64,000 bases of DNA from Trueperaceae bacterium. Its GTDB lineage: Bacteria > Deinococcota > Deinococci > Deinococcales > Trueperaceae. This document shows, in pieces, positions 20,477 through 29,497 of this stretch. Positions within the stretch are counted from its first letter, which is position 1, and each line of letters starts with the position of its first letter. The stretch is taken from assembly GCA_035703635.1 (NCBI GenBank), contig DASSXV010000025.1, positions 31,970 to 95,969 of the forward strand, in the 5' to 3' direction. A model generated the notes under the pieces. The model made no database searches and was not told the origin of the DNA. It saw only the letters and a list, made by a program, of their open reading frames with translations. The position numbers and the translations under genes are program-made.

Positions 20477-22378
20477 GTGGGCCCCAGACTAGAGAGCATC
20501 GCGCTCGAGTTACTCGAGTACAAGGTCGACGAGTACCGAGCTACTCGGAGCGTGCGCGGCGGGTTGCACTCCCTGTGGGAACTCCTTGGCTTGCTGAACC
20601 GCGAGCGCGAACGCCTCACGAGCGCGGAGCGCGTGCGCCTGGAAGACGCCGCTCAGGCCATGGCAGGCATGTCCGACTCGACGGCAAGCCCCGCGTTCGT
20701 GCCAAGCCTCGTCTCTCTGGTGCTCGAGGAGGACGGGGAAGTTGAGCTAGCCGACGAAGTCGCCTCGAAACCGCCGACGTTTCACGGCTCGACTCCGGAG
20801 GAGCGCGACGAGCATGCCGTGCTGCAGCGCTTGGCCAGGCGCGTGTGGTGGGACGACCTCGAGGAGTACGTGCAGCGCGTTGCCGCCGGTTGGCGCGCGG
20901 AACGCGACCGCCTCACTGCGCGCCTCGTGTTCGCCACGCTGCAGAACCTGCAACGCAACGCGGACCGCAGCACTTTCGGTCAGGACGTACCGAGCAAGGC
21001 GTTCCGCGTCGTCGAGGTCATGCCGAACCTGCGCGACCCGCTCGTCTCCCTCTCCGACCTCGACGCCCTAGCCGAGATCGTGCGCGAGCTCATCAACGTG
21101 ATCATGACGTCTGGCAAGCCTGGCAACCCGCTTCCTGCCCTCGAGCGCGGTGAGTCGGCCGCGTTTGCTTACGTCCGCAACGCTGCGCTCGTCGTCGCGA
21201 ACGACCCGTACGCCGGGCGCGTGACGCCAGACGTGAACAAGGCGCTTACCTCCACGCAACTTCGCCTCGCGCTGCAGGAGCTAGTGAAGGAGCGCCTGCC
21301 TGAGGAAGAGCGAGCGGCGCAGCGCCGCGAACTCGAACGTCGCCTGACGGAAGTGACCGCGCGCGAGCGCGCGGACCAACAGGCGTTCCAGCGCGACACT
21401 GCCACGTACGTCGAGCTGGTCGAGTCGTTCTTCGGGCGCTTGGCTGGGTACTTGCCGACAACGGTCGGCGGCGAAGCAGGCGGCCCTCACCTCGAGGGCG
21501 GCGTGCTCTTCGGTGCGAACCCCATCCTCAAGTGGGACCGCGTGCCGCCTGAGGCCACGGCCATCACGGTGCGCATGGTTGGGCCAGTGAGGCTCACGTT
21601 GGCCGGCCACGACCTCGCCATCGGGGGGGTTGGCAACTCCCGCACTCTTTACCTAGACGGTGAACAGGTTGAGCTTGACGGCTCGCAAGTCATGCAACGC
21701 GGCCGGGTGCGCATCGGCGCCTTCCGTGAGGGCGAGTACGTTCACGTGCGCATCCGCAACGACGCCAAGTCGCTCGGCTCGCGCCTCGCGGACGCCCTCG
21801 TCGTGAACGAGGTCCTGAGCAACTCGCAACGCGATGAACTGCTCGCCGCCCTCAAGGTCTTGGCGAACAACGTGCGCGGAGAAGCCGATGAGGTCGTCGG
21901 GCAGGCCGTTGCGCGCGCCAACGTCGTCGCCGCACGCGCTCCGGAGAAGCTCCGTGCGCTCGAAGGCTTGTTGCGCGGCGCGGCGAAGGCAGCAGGCGTG
22001 ATGCTAAGCGACCAGACCGTAGCAGAGGTCGTAACCCGCATGGCGCGCGTAGGCAGCGTCTCGCCGTCAGATGTTCCCGCGTTGATCTCGTCGTCTGGCG
22101 CTAGCGAGCACGTCGTCAAGACGATCACGCAGGAGCCGATGACGTTCGACCTAGCGAACCTCAAGATCACCGTCAGGCAGTACAAGGGCAGGGACCGCGC
22201 GGCGCAGGAGAGCCTCGTCGCCATGCTCCCCGGTCAGGTGCTCGGGTCGTTCACCGACTCGATGCTCGCCCCCCGCCCGAACGGCATGCTGATCTTCGCG
22301 CGGGGCGAGGAAGAAGTAGCAGTGCTCTTCGTCCCGTACGCCGGCGCGGCAGTGCCTGACTCCCCCGGCCTCTTCTGA
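20477..22378 (+). CDS. Hypothetical protein, 633 aa, helical/coiled-coil with beta-rich segments
   Basis: Long ORF with genome-like codon usage; TATACT 6 nt before the GTG. No motif recognised. Confidence 0.75.
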   Translation: MGPRLESIALELLEYKVDEYRATRSVRGGLHSLWELLGLLNRERERLTSAERVRLEDAAQAMAGMSDSTASPAFVPSLVSLVLEEDGEVELADEVASKPPTFHGSTPEERDEHAVLQRLARRVWWDDLEEYVQRVAAGWRAERDRLTARLVFATLQNLQRNADRSTFGQDVPSKAFRVVEVMPNLRDPLVSLSDLDALAEIVRELINVIMTSGKPGNPLPALERGESAAFAYVRNAALVVANDPYAGRVTPDVNKALTSTQLRLALQELVKERLPEEERAAQRRELERRLTEVTARERADQQAFQRDTATYVELVESFFGRLAGYLPTTVGGEAGGPHLEGGVLFGANPILKWDRVPPEATAITVRMVGPVRLTLAGHDLAIGGVGNSRTLYLDGEQVELDGSQVMQRGRVRIGAFREGEYVHVRIRNDAKSLGSRLADALVVNEVLSNSQRDELLAALKVLANNVRGEADEVVGQAVARANVVAARAPEKLRALEGLLRGAAKAAGVMLSDQTVAEVVTRMARVGSVSPSDVPALISSSGASEHVVKTITQEPMTFDLANLKITVRQYKGRDRAAQESLVAMLPGQVLGSFTDSMLAPRPNGMLIFARGEEEVAVLFVPYAGAAVPDSPGLF

Positions 22379-22383
22379 GGCGG

Positions 22384-23706
22384 TCAGTTCGGTGCGTTCT
22401 CCTGCGGCGGCGCGAACTCGTAGGCTTCCCGCAAGAGCTTCAGGTCTGAGCCGTCGACCTTGCCGTTGCCGTCCAGGTCGGCGGCCAGGTTGATGCCCGT
22501 CGCGCCGAACGCTTGACCGAAGATCACGAGGTCGTAGAAGTCGACTCTGCCGCTGCGGTCGAGGTCCTCCGCCAAGTAAGTGCGCAGGTCGCGCAAGTTG
22601 GTCACGTCCTGAGGCGTCGGAGCAGCGCTGGCCGCGCTGACGGTCCACGCCATCATGCCCTCACCGCCCTCCTGCAGCCCCAGGAGGACGCCCAACTCAT
22701 GAAGCAGAACCGCAGGCACGAGGTCGCCAGCTAGGGGGGACACCACCACTTCCGTGCGGCCGCCTGGACTAGCTAGCGTTAGCGAGGTGGCGTCCGGCCC
22801 CATCAGGTCGGCGGCGCCGTAGCGGATCAGGTTCGTGGCCGACTCACTTACGGCGAAGGCCGCAGCTCCCGGAGCGGCAACCTCCCACGCGTTAGCCGCA
22901 GTCGCGGCGGCCGCAGAGAGCAGCAGCGGCCCGCCCTCGTCGGACACGCTGTAGGTGATGACCTGCGCGGGTGGTTGAGCGGTTGGCGGGGTCGCCGCGT
23001 TCGGCGCGGGCGCGCTTGGCTCAGCTGGTGGCTGCTCGGCAGGAGGTGTCTCGGAGGCTGGCGCCTCCGCCGCCGGAGTGGCGGCCTGCTGGTCCGTGGA
23101 AGGCGCCTCCGTTGGCGCCGGCTCCGCCACGACCGCCGGGGCGGCCGAACTGTTCTCCACGCCGCGCTGAAGCAGCGCCGTCAATGCGGTCACCAGTTCT
23201 GCCTCGCCAGGGCTGCTCGCGCCGCGCACCAGGGCCCCTGCGGCGTCGACGTCTAGGTAGCTGCCGTCGAAGGCGAGCGCCCCGCGGCTACTCAACTTCC
23301 AAGCCCCCTGGGCGACGCCCGCGAGTGGCGACGCCATGCCGTCGGCCTGATAGGCGAGGATGAGCCAGCGCTCACCCACGGCGAACGTCGGCAGTCCGCT
23401 GACCTGCAAAGTCGGTAGCCCGATCGCGGTGCCGCCGAGGAAGTCGAGCACCTCGGAGCCAGGAAACTCCTCGCCTGCCTCAGTTGCCGCTCGGTCACGC
23501 AAGACGGTCAGGTCGCCGAAGGTGACCGTCGTCCACGGTTGGCCGTCCTTGCCGGCCGTCGTTGCGCTGGTGACGCTACCGAAGAACACGACGTCGGCTT
23601 TCAGCACCAATGTTTCAGGTGATTCGAACCGGTAGGTGGTGGCAAGCGCCGTGCTCGCAAGCATGGCGAGCAGAACGGCGCTGAGCGCATGCAAAAGCCG
23701 GTTCAC
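22384..23706 (-). CDS. Secreted protein: N-terminal beta domain, Pro/Ala linker, degenerate metzincin-like domain, C-terminal dockerin-like repeats
   Basis: Signal peptide (VNRLLHALSAVLLAMLASTALA); LHELGVLLGL...MM; two Ca-binding loops DLDRSGRVDFYDL and DLDGNGKVDGSDL. GTG start overlaps the upstream stop (GTGA). Confidence 0.75.
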   Translation of the reverse strand: MNRLLHALSAVLLAMLASTALATTYRFESPETLVLKADVVFFGSVTSATTAGKDGQPWTTVTFGDLTVLRDRAATEAGEEFPGSEVLDFLGGTAIGLPTLQVSGLPTFAVGERWLILAYQADGMASPLAGVAQGAWKLSSRGALAFDGSYLDVDAAGALVRGASSPGEAELVTALTALLQRGVENSSAAPAVVAEPAPTEAPSTDQQAATPAAEAPASETPPAEQPPAEPSAPAPNAATPPTAQPPAQVITYSVSDEGGPLLLSAAAATAANAWEVAAPGAAAFAVSESATNLIRYGAADLMGPDATSLTLASPGGRTEVVVSPLAGDLVPAVLLHELGVLLGLQEGGEGMMAWTVSAASAAPTPQDVTNLRDLRTYLAEDLDRSGRVDFYDLVIFGQAFGATGINLAADLDGNGKVDGSDLKLLREAYEFAPPQENAPN

Positions 23707-24587
23707 TTGCGGCCGCTCCCTTCTGGATCCGCAGGCGGCACGACCTCGAGCGGAGCGTCTGGCGGCGCGCTGTCGGTTGGGGGAACGCTCTGGTTGCCAG
23801 CCGCTGGCGGGGCAGCGCCGACGATGCCTGTCAGGTACTCGTGTTTGCGTGCTGGGTCGGGGCTCAGCGTCGTTACTTCGGCCGCGAACGAGGCCTGCAC
23901 CCGCACGGGCGGAGCGACGGGTACGAGCGTGAAGCGGTAGAGCTCGACGTCGCCCGTTAGTTGGGTGCCGAGGGCAGCGAGGTCGACCTGCAGCGACGTT
24001 TCGTCCGCCTGCCATAACAGGGTAGTGTCACGCCTGCTAGCGGCCGCGCCCTCCGCGGCTAGAGTGAACAACTGTGGGTCCCACGTGACCACGCTGCGCA
24101 CGCCCGTTACTGCCCTGGCACCTTTGAGCCTGGCGCGGATCGTCACAGGACCGCGCACTTCGGTAAGCGGCACATCGAGGAGGAACTCGGGCGGTGGTGG
24201 GGAAGTGACCTGCAGCGTGTACGTCTGGCTGACGCGCGAGAGGTTGGCGTCCGACACTTCGACGCTCAAGGTGTACGCGCCAGTTTCGGTGGCGGCGCCG
24301 CGTAGCACGCCGTTCTCTAGCGTTATCCCCGGTGGCAACGCGCCTGAGACGATAGTGAACGTATACGGCCTGAGGCCGCCGACGGCGTTGAGGGGGGCGT
24401 CATACTGCTCGAACAGGGTGGCGCGCGGCACTTCCGTGCCAACCAGGCGCAGCGCCTCTCCTCGAGTAGCCAACTCGCCAGCGCATGCGCCAAGGACCAA
24501 GGCCAGCGCGAGGAGCAAGACGGCTGCGGCGGCGCTCCTGGTCAAGCGCGGCGGGCGCGGCGTTACGGTTGGCCCCAAGTTGCGCAT
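23703..24587 (-). CDS. Lipoprotein with putative Ig (He_PIG-like) domain and cohesin-like domain
   Basis: Lipobox LVLGA-C; GGLRPYTFTIVSGALPPGITL..G.Y...V.VSDA Ig signature; then VTIRARL...VTGVRSVVTWDPQLF, a cohesin-like strand pattern. Confidence 0.7.
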   Translation of the reverse strand: MRNLGPTVTPRPPRLTRSAAAAVLLLALALVLGACAGELATRGEALRLVGTEVPRATLFEQYDAPLNAVGGLRPYTFTIVSGALPPGITLENGVLRGAATETGAYTLSVEVSDANLSRVSQTYTLQVTSPPPPEFLLDVPLTEVRGPVTIRARLKGARAVTGVRSVVTWDPQLFTLAAEGAAASRRDTTLLWQADETSLQVDLAALGTQLTGDVELYRFTLVPVAPPVRVQASFAAEVTTLSPDPARKHEYLTGIVGAAPPAAGNQSVPPTDSAPPDAPLEVVPPADPEGSGRK

Positions 24588-24720
24588 GCCATGGATTGTA
24601 CCGGCCAGCGCATGAGCAGCGCATGGGGACGTCATCTTCCAAGTTAAGCGGGTGGGTGCGTGCGTGGCTCACGCGCGTTCTCGTTCCGTGGCACGCCAGG
24701 CCGCGTGGTATCGTCGGGCC

Positions 24721-27432
24721 TTGAGCGTCACCCGAGAACTACACGTCGCGCGTCAAGCTCGGCAGCGGTACGGGCTGCCCGCAGCGGCGTTCAACGCCCA
24801 CGGGCGCGTCGTGAACCTCGACGTCGCTGCTGCGGCCACGTGGGCGGCGCGTATGAACGCGGCCCGCAGCTTAGCTGGCGCGCCGTCAGTAACCACGGGT
24901 GAGTTGCTCGCCGCGGCCGCGTTACACGAGGCCGCGCACGAACTGATCACGCAGTACGGAGTGAGCCCCACGGGGACGGCCGTTTTGGCGGACGCCGCTG
25001 CCAGCTGGCGCGCAGACGCTGCGCTGCCTAGCGCAGACACCTTCGCACAGGATTTCGCGGAGGCGTACGCCAAGGCTAGCGAGGCGGCTAACGCCGAAGA
25101 GCACGGCGAGGCGGTCGCGGGCCCCGAACTCCTCGAGGAGACCTGGCTGATAGGTGGCGCCCTCGCCAACTTGGCCTTCGCGCCGCTGCACGAACTCTTT
25201 CAACACGAACTCGCGGCGGGCGCTGGCTGGCAAACGGCGTCGCGCCTCGCCGAACTCGGGTTGGCCACGGTGCAGCTCGCGTCCGTGCGGGGCGCTTCGA
25301 ACCTCGACTCACGCGAACGGGGCGCGAGGCAGCCAAGCGAGAACTCGCTCTTGTGGCTGTTGACGTTGCCAGCGCGGCTCGAGCCGACGTCGCTGGCGGG
25401 TCAGCTGCGCGTGGCGGTCAGCGCTTGGGGGCCGTACCTCAAGGGTGGTGGCGCCTTCCTCACAGGGTTGCTCCGAGCAGCTGACCTGTTGCGCGAGGAG
25501 GGCAAGGGGGGAGTCGGTGCGCCTGGTCCACACGGCCCACCGCCCGCGTCTGACTTCATGCCGAGTGGTCACGGCGCCGGGCGGGAGAACTTCACCCCCG
25601 ACCGCGCTTGGATGCCGGAAGTCGCGATGGTCGCCAAGAGCGTGTACGTCTGGCTAGCGCAACTCGAGCGGCGCTTTGACCGCGAGGTGCGTCGGCTAGA
25701 TCAGGTGCCGGACGCCGCGCTACGCGACCTGCGCGCGGACGGCTTCAACGCCGTGTGGTTGATCGGCGTTTGGGAGCGGAGCCACGCCTCTCGCGCCCTC
25801 AAGCAGGCCCGCGGCCAGCCAGATGCCGGCGCGAGCGCCTACGCGCTGCACGATTACGAGATCGCCGCTGACTTGGGCGGCGAAGCGGCGTTCGAGGAGC
25901 TGTCGCGTCGCGCCTGGGCGCACGGCTTGCGGTTGGCGAGCGACATGGTGCCGAACCATACTGGTCTCGACTCGCGCTGGATGGTCGAACATCCGGACTG
26001 GTTCCTGCAACTACCGCAGCCGCCGTTCGAAGGCTACTCGTTCACTGGCCCGAACTTGGCGCTAGACCCGGCCATCGAGGTGCGCGTAGAGGATGGCTAC
26101 TACGACGGCACTGACGCCGCCGTCGTGTTCGAGCGGCGCGACCCGAGCACGGGGGCGAGGAGCTACGTCTATCACGGGAACGACGGAACGGCGATGCCGT
26201 GGAACGATACGGCGCAGCTCGATTACCTGCGCCGGGAGGTGAGGGAGGCCGTCATGGCCACCGTGTTGGCCGTGGCGCGCAGGTTCCCGATCATCCGCTT
26301 CGACGCCGCCATGACGTTAGCCAAGCGCCACGTGCAAAGGCTGTGGCACCCGCTGCCTGGTGATGGTGGCGCCATCCCGTCGCGCGCCCGCTTCGGGGTC
26401 AGCGCTGAGGAGTTCGAGCGGCTCATGCCGCACGAGTTCTGGCGCGAACTCGTCGTGAACATGGCCGAACGCGCCCCCGACACGCTCCTGCTAGCCGAGG
26501 CGTTCTGGTTGATGGAGGGTTTCTTCGTCCGCGAGCTTGGCATGCACCGCGTTTACAACAGCGCCTTCATGCACATGCTCATGCACGAGCAGAACGTCGC
26601 ATACAGGCGCCTCCTCAAGACCCTCCTCGCCTTCGACCCGCGCGTGCTGCAGCGCTACGTCAACTTCATGAGCAACCCGGACGAGGAGTCGGCTCGGGAC
26701 CAGTTCGGGGCGGGGGACAAGTACTTCGGCGTGGCAACGCTCCTCGCCACCCTGCCCGGCATGCCGATGTTCGGTCACGGTCAGGTCGAGGGTTTGGCGG
26801 AGAAGTACGGCATGGAGTACCTCGCCCCCAAACGTTCCGAGACGCCAGACGCAGGCCTGATAGCACGCCACCGGCGCGAGCTCGCACCGCTCCTCAACGC
26901 GCGCGCTGCGTTCGCTGGCGCCAGCGCGTTCAGACTCTTCGACTTGGTCGGCGACGACGGCGTCGAGGAGGCGGCGTACGTCTACGTCAACCGGCCCGCG
27001 CCCGCTGGTGGCGCGCTCAGTACGCTGGTGGCGTTCAACAACTCCCCCGGGAGCGTGGCTGGCGAGGTGAGGATGAGCGTGCCGTTCGCGGACGCCTTGC
27101 GTGGTGGGGGGCTGCGCTCCGAGCCACTCCACGAAGCGCTCGGCCTGCGCGCTGGCGGTGGGCGCCTCGTGCGGTTCGCGCCGTTCGTTCGAGATGGGCA
27201 GGAGGAGTTAGTCGCGCTGACGACCCTGGAACAGCGCGGACTGCGCCTTGAGTTGGGTCCGTACGAGGCGCGGGTGTTACTCGTCACGCAGGTGGAAGGG
27301 CGAGAGGCGCCAGTCGAAGTCCAAGCGCCAGCGCCCCCCGTTCGGGTGAGGGCGAGACGGCGCTACGACGCGCGCCTAGCCGGCGACCGCGGCGCGGCGA
27401 AACGCAGGGCCGCCAAGCGCGTGCGGCGCTGA
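24721..27432 (+). CDS. GH13 alpha-amylase-family glycoside hydrolase (no signal peptide)
   Basis: DMVPNH, IRFDAAM (Asp), LAEAFW (Glu) and NPDE (Asp) conserved regions. Start uncertain (24652-24721). Confidence 0.85.
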   Translation: MSVTRELHVARQARQRYGLPAAAFNAHGRVVNLDVAAAATWAARMNAARSLAGAPSVTTGELLAAAALHEAAHELITQYGVSPTGTAVLADAAASWRADAALPSADTFAQDFAEAYAKASEAANAEEHGEAVAGPELLEETWLIGGALANLAFAPLHELFQHELAAGAGWQTASRLAELGLATVQLASVRGASNLDSRERGARQPSENSLLWLLTLPARLEPTSLAGQLRVAVSAWGPYLKGGGAFLTGLLRAADLLREEGKGGVGAPGPHGPPPASDFMPSGHGAGRENFTPDRAWMPEVAMVAKSVYVWLAQLERRFDREVRRLDQVPDAALRDLRADGFNAVWLIGVWERSHASRALKQARGQPDAGASAYALHDYEIAADLGGEAAFEELSRRAWAHGLRLASDMVPNHTGLDSRWMVEHPDWFLQLPQPPFEGYSFTGPNLALDPAIEVRVEDGYYDGTDAAVVFERRDPSTGARSYVYHGNDGTAMPWNDTAQLDYLRREVREAVMATVLAVARRFPIIRFDAAMTLAKRHVQRLWHPLPGDGGAIPSRARFGVSAEEFERLMPHEFWRELVVNMAERAPDTLLLAEAFWLMEGFFVRELGMHRVYNSAFMHMLMHEQNVAYRRLLKTLLAFDPRVLQRYVNFMSNPDEESARDQFGAGDKYFGVATLLATLPGMPMFGHGQVEGLAEKYGMEYLAPKRSETPDAGLIARHRRELAPLLNARAAFAGASAFRLFDLVGDDGVEEAAYVYVNRPAPAGGALSTLVAFNNSPGSVAGEVRMSVPFADALRGGGLRSEPLHEALGLRAGGGRLVRFAPFVRDGQEELVALTTLEQRGLRLELGPYEARVLLVTQVEGREAPVEVQAPAPPVRVRARRRYDARLAGDRGAAKRRAAKRVRR

Positions 27433-27461
27433 GCGCCTTCGCGCAGGGGACGAACCGCTGG

Positions 27462-27992
27462 CTAGGTGAGGGCGCCGAGCCTGCGCGCCTGCAAGTGCGT
27501 TAGCGCGAGGGCGATGGCGTCCGTCTCGTGGTTGGCCTCCGGCGCCGCCGTCAGCTTGAGGAGTGCGCGCACCATGAAGGCTACCTGCGTCTTGTCGGCC
27601 CGGCCGTTGCCGACCAGGCTGCGTTTCACTACCTCAGGGCCGTACTCGAAGACTGGCAGCCCGGCCTCCGCCGCCGTGACCAACACGACCCCAACGGCCT
27701 GGCCGACGAGGAACGACGTCTGCGGTTGGCGCCGCAGGAACTGCCCTTCGATGGCCATGACGTCCGGCTTGTGCAGTGCGATGAACGACAGCAGTTCGCG
27801 CCGCAGGGTGAGAAGGCGCTCGCTCTGCTCCTGCCTACTGCTCGTCGTGACCAGCCTGCTGCCGAGGAGGCGCGCATCTCTGCGCACCTCCTCGATGGCT
27901 CCGAGGCCAAGGTTGGCTAGGCCGGGGTCGACCCCAAGCACGCGTAGCGGCCTTGCGCCGCTGCCAGGAGCCGTTACGCGGCCTTCCGTCAC
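27462..27992 (-). CDS. ruvC: Holliday junction resolvase
   Basis: LGVDPG, AIE, G.GRADK.QV and DAIALA motifs. Confidence 0.92.
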   Translation of the reverse strand: MTEGRVTAPGSGARPLRVLGVDPGLANLGLGAIEEVRRDARLLGSRLVTTSSRQEQSERLLTLRRELLSFIALHKPDVMAIEGQFLRRQPQTSFLVGQAVGVVLVTAAEAGLPVFEYGPEVVKRSLVGNGRADKTQVAFMVRALLKLTAAPEANHETDAIALALTHLQARRLGALT

Positions 27993-29333
27993 TCAGTACT
28001 CCGCGAGGTAGCGGTCGAGTTCCCAGCCGTGAACCGCGATGCGGTACTCGTCGTACTCCTGCGTCTTCGCCTCGACGAAGCTCTTGTAGACGTGGTCGCC
28101 AAGGGCGTCGACTATCACGCGGTCGCGCTTGAGGTTGGTCACCGCTTCGCGCAAGTTGGCTGGTAGTTCCTTGATCTTGTGCTTGCGCCTGTCGCGCACG
28201 CTCATCTCGTAGATGTTCCTGGCGATCGGTGGTGGCGGCGTGAGGTCGCGCTTCATGCCGTCGAGTCCGGCCGCGACCATGGCCGCCAGCGCCAAGTACG
28301 GGTTGGCTGATGGGTCGGGCATGCGCACTTCGGCGCGCGTGCCGTTGCCGCGCCGCGCCGGGATGCGGATCATGGCGCTGCGGTTGGAAACCGACCAGGC
28401 GATGTTCGTTGGCGCCTCGTGCCCTGGCGTGATGCGCTTGTAGCTGTTGACCGTCGGGTTGGTGATGGCGACCAGACCGGGAGCGTGCTCGATGAGGCCG
28501 GCTATCCAGGCGCGCGCGGTGCTGGAGAGCTGGTGCTGCCCTTTCGGGTCGAAGAACGCGTTCTCACCGTCCTTGAAGACGCTCAGGTGCGTGTGCATGC
28601 CAGACCCGGCGATGCCAGCGACTGGTTTCGGCATGAAAGTGGCGTGGAGGCCGTGGTTCATGGCGATGCGCTTTACGACCGTGCGGAACGACTGGATGGC
28701 GTCGGCGGTCGAGATGGCGTCTGCGTACTTGAAGTCGATCTCATGCTGGCCGGGACCGACCTCGTGGTGCGCGGCCTCGATCTCGAAGCCAAGTTCCGTG
28801 AGGGCGTTGACCATGTCGCGACGGGCGTCCTCACCGCGGTCGACTGGGGCGAGGTCGAAGTAGCCTGCGCCGTCGTTCGTGATGGTGGTTGGGCTACCGT
28901 CGACTCCGCGCTTGAAGAGGTAGAACTCCGGCTCCACGCCGACGAACAGGTCGTCGAACCCGAGGGCCTTGAGCTTCTCGATCTGGCGTTTGAGCACCCA
29001 GCGCGGGTCGCCTTGGAACGGGGTGCCGTCAGGGAGGTGGACGTCGCAGATGAGGCGCGCGACTTGGCCCCTCACGCTGCCCTCGATGGCAGGTGGGAGC
29101 AGGAGGAAGGTGTCGTGATCCGGCCTCAGCAGCATGTCCGACTCTTCGATGCGCGTGAAGCCTTGCACCGATGAGCCGTCGAACATGATCTCACCGTCGA
29201 GCGCCTTGTCGAACTGCGAGGTCGGGACCTCGACGTTCTTGTTGCGGCCGTGAATGTCGGTGAACTGCAGTCTGAGGAACTTGACGTCGTTCTCGCGCAG
29301 TAGCGTGGCGACGTCGTCGCGTGAGTTACCCAC
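27993..29333 (-). CDS. glnA: Glutamine synthetase type I (alpha-like, no insertion)
   Basis: FDGSS, HHEVGPGQHEIDF, TFMPKP, GSGMH, NRSAMIRIP and DPSANPYL motifs. Confidence 0.92.
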   Translation of the reverse strand: MGNSRDDVATLLRENDVKFLRLQFTDIHGRNKNVEVPTSQFDKALDGEIMFDGSSVQGFTRIEESDMLLRPDHDTFLLLPPAIEGSVRGQVARLICDVHLPDGTPFQGDPRWVLKRQIEKLKALGFDDLFVGVEPEFYLFKRGVDGSPTTITNDGAGYFDLAPVDRGEDARRDMVNALTELGFEIEAAHHEVGPGQHEIDFKYADAISTADAIQSFRTVVKRIAMNHGLHATFMPKPVAGIAGSGMHTHLSVFKDGENAFFDPKGQHQLSSTARAWIAGLIEHAPGLVAITNPTVNSYKRITPGHEAPTNIAWSVSNRSAMIRIPARRGNGTRAEVRMPDPSANPYLALAAMVAAGLDGMKRDLTPPPPIARNIYEMSVRDRRKHKIKELPANLREAVTNLKRDRVIVDALGDHVYKSFVEAKTQEYDEYRIAVHGWELDRYLAEY

Positions 29334-29497
29334 TGATGACCCTCCTGGGGCGTGCTGGGGTGGACGGGCGCGGTCCTTGGCTGAACGGTCGTTGCCGTTC
29401 GCGTTCGGCCCGCAGCGCGCGAAAACGGTAACACGAAGTGGCAGGTCGTGCGCAAGAGAGTGAACAACGGGTCACTTGCGACGTGACACTGAACAGT

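Noticed and set aside
22960-23160. Tandem repeat or CRISPR-like pattern
   Set aside because: This is a Pro/Ala-rich coding linker. No regularly spaced direct repeats were seen anywhere in the window.
24721-27432. GH13 enzyme as cargo of an amylosome built on the neighbouring cohesin
   Set aside because: It is divergently transcribed, and has no signal peptide or dockerin repeat that I can see.
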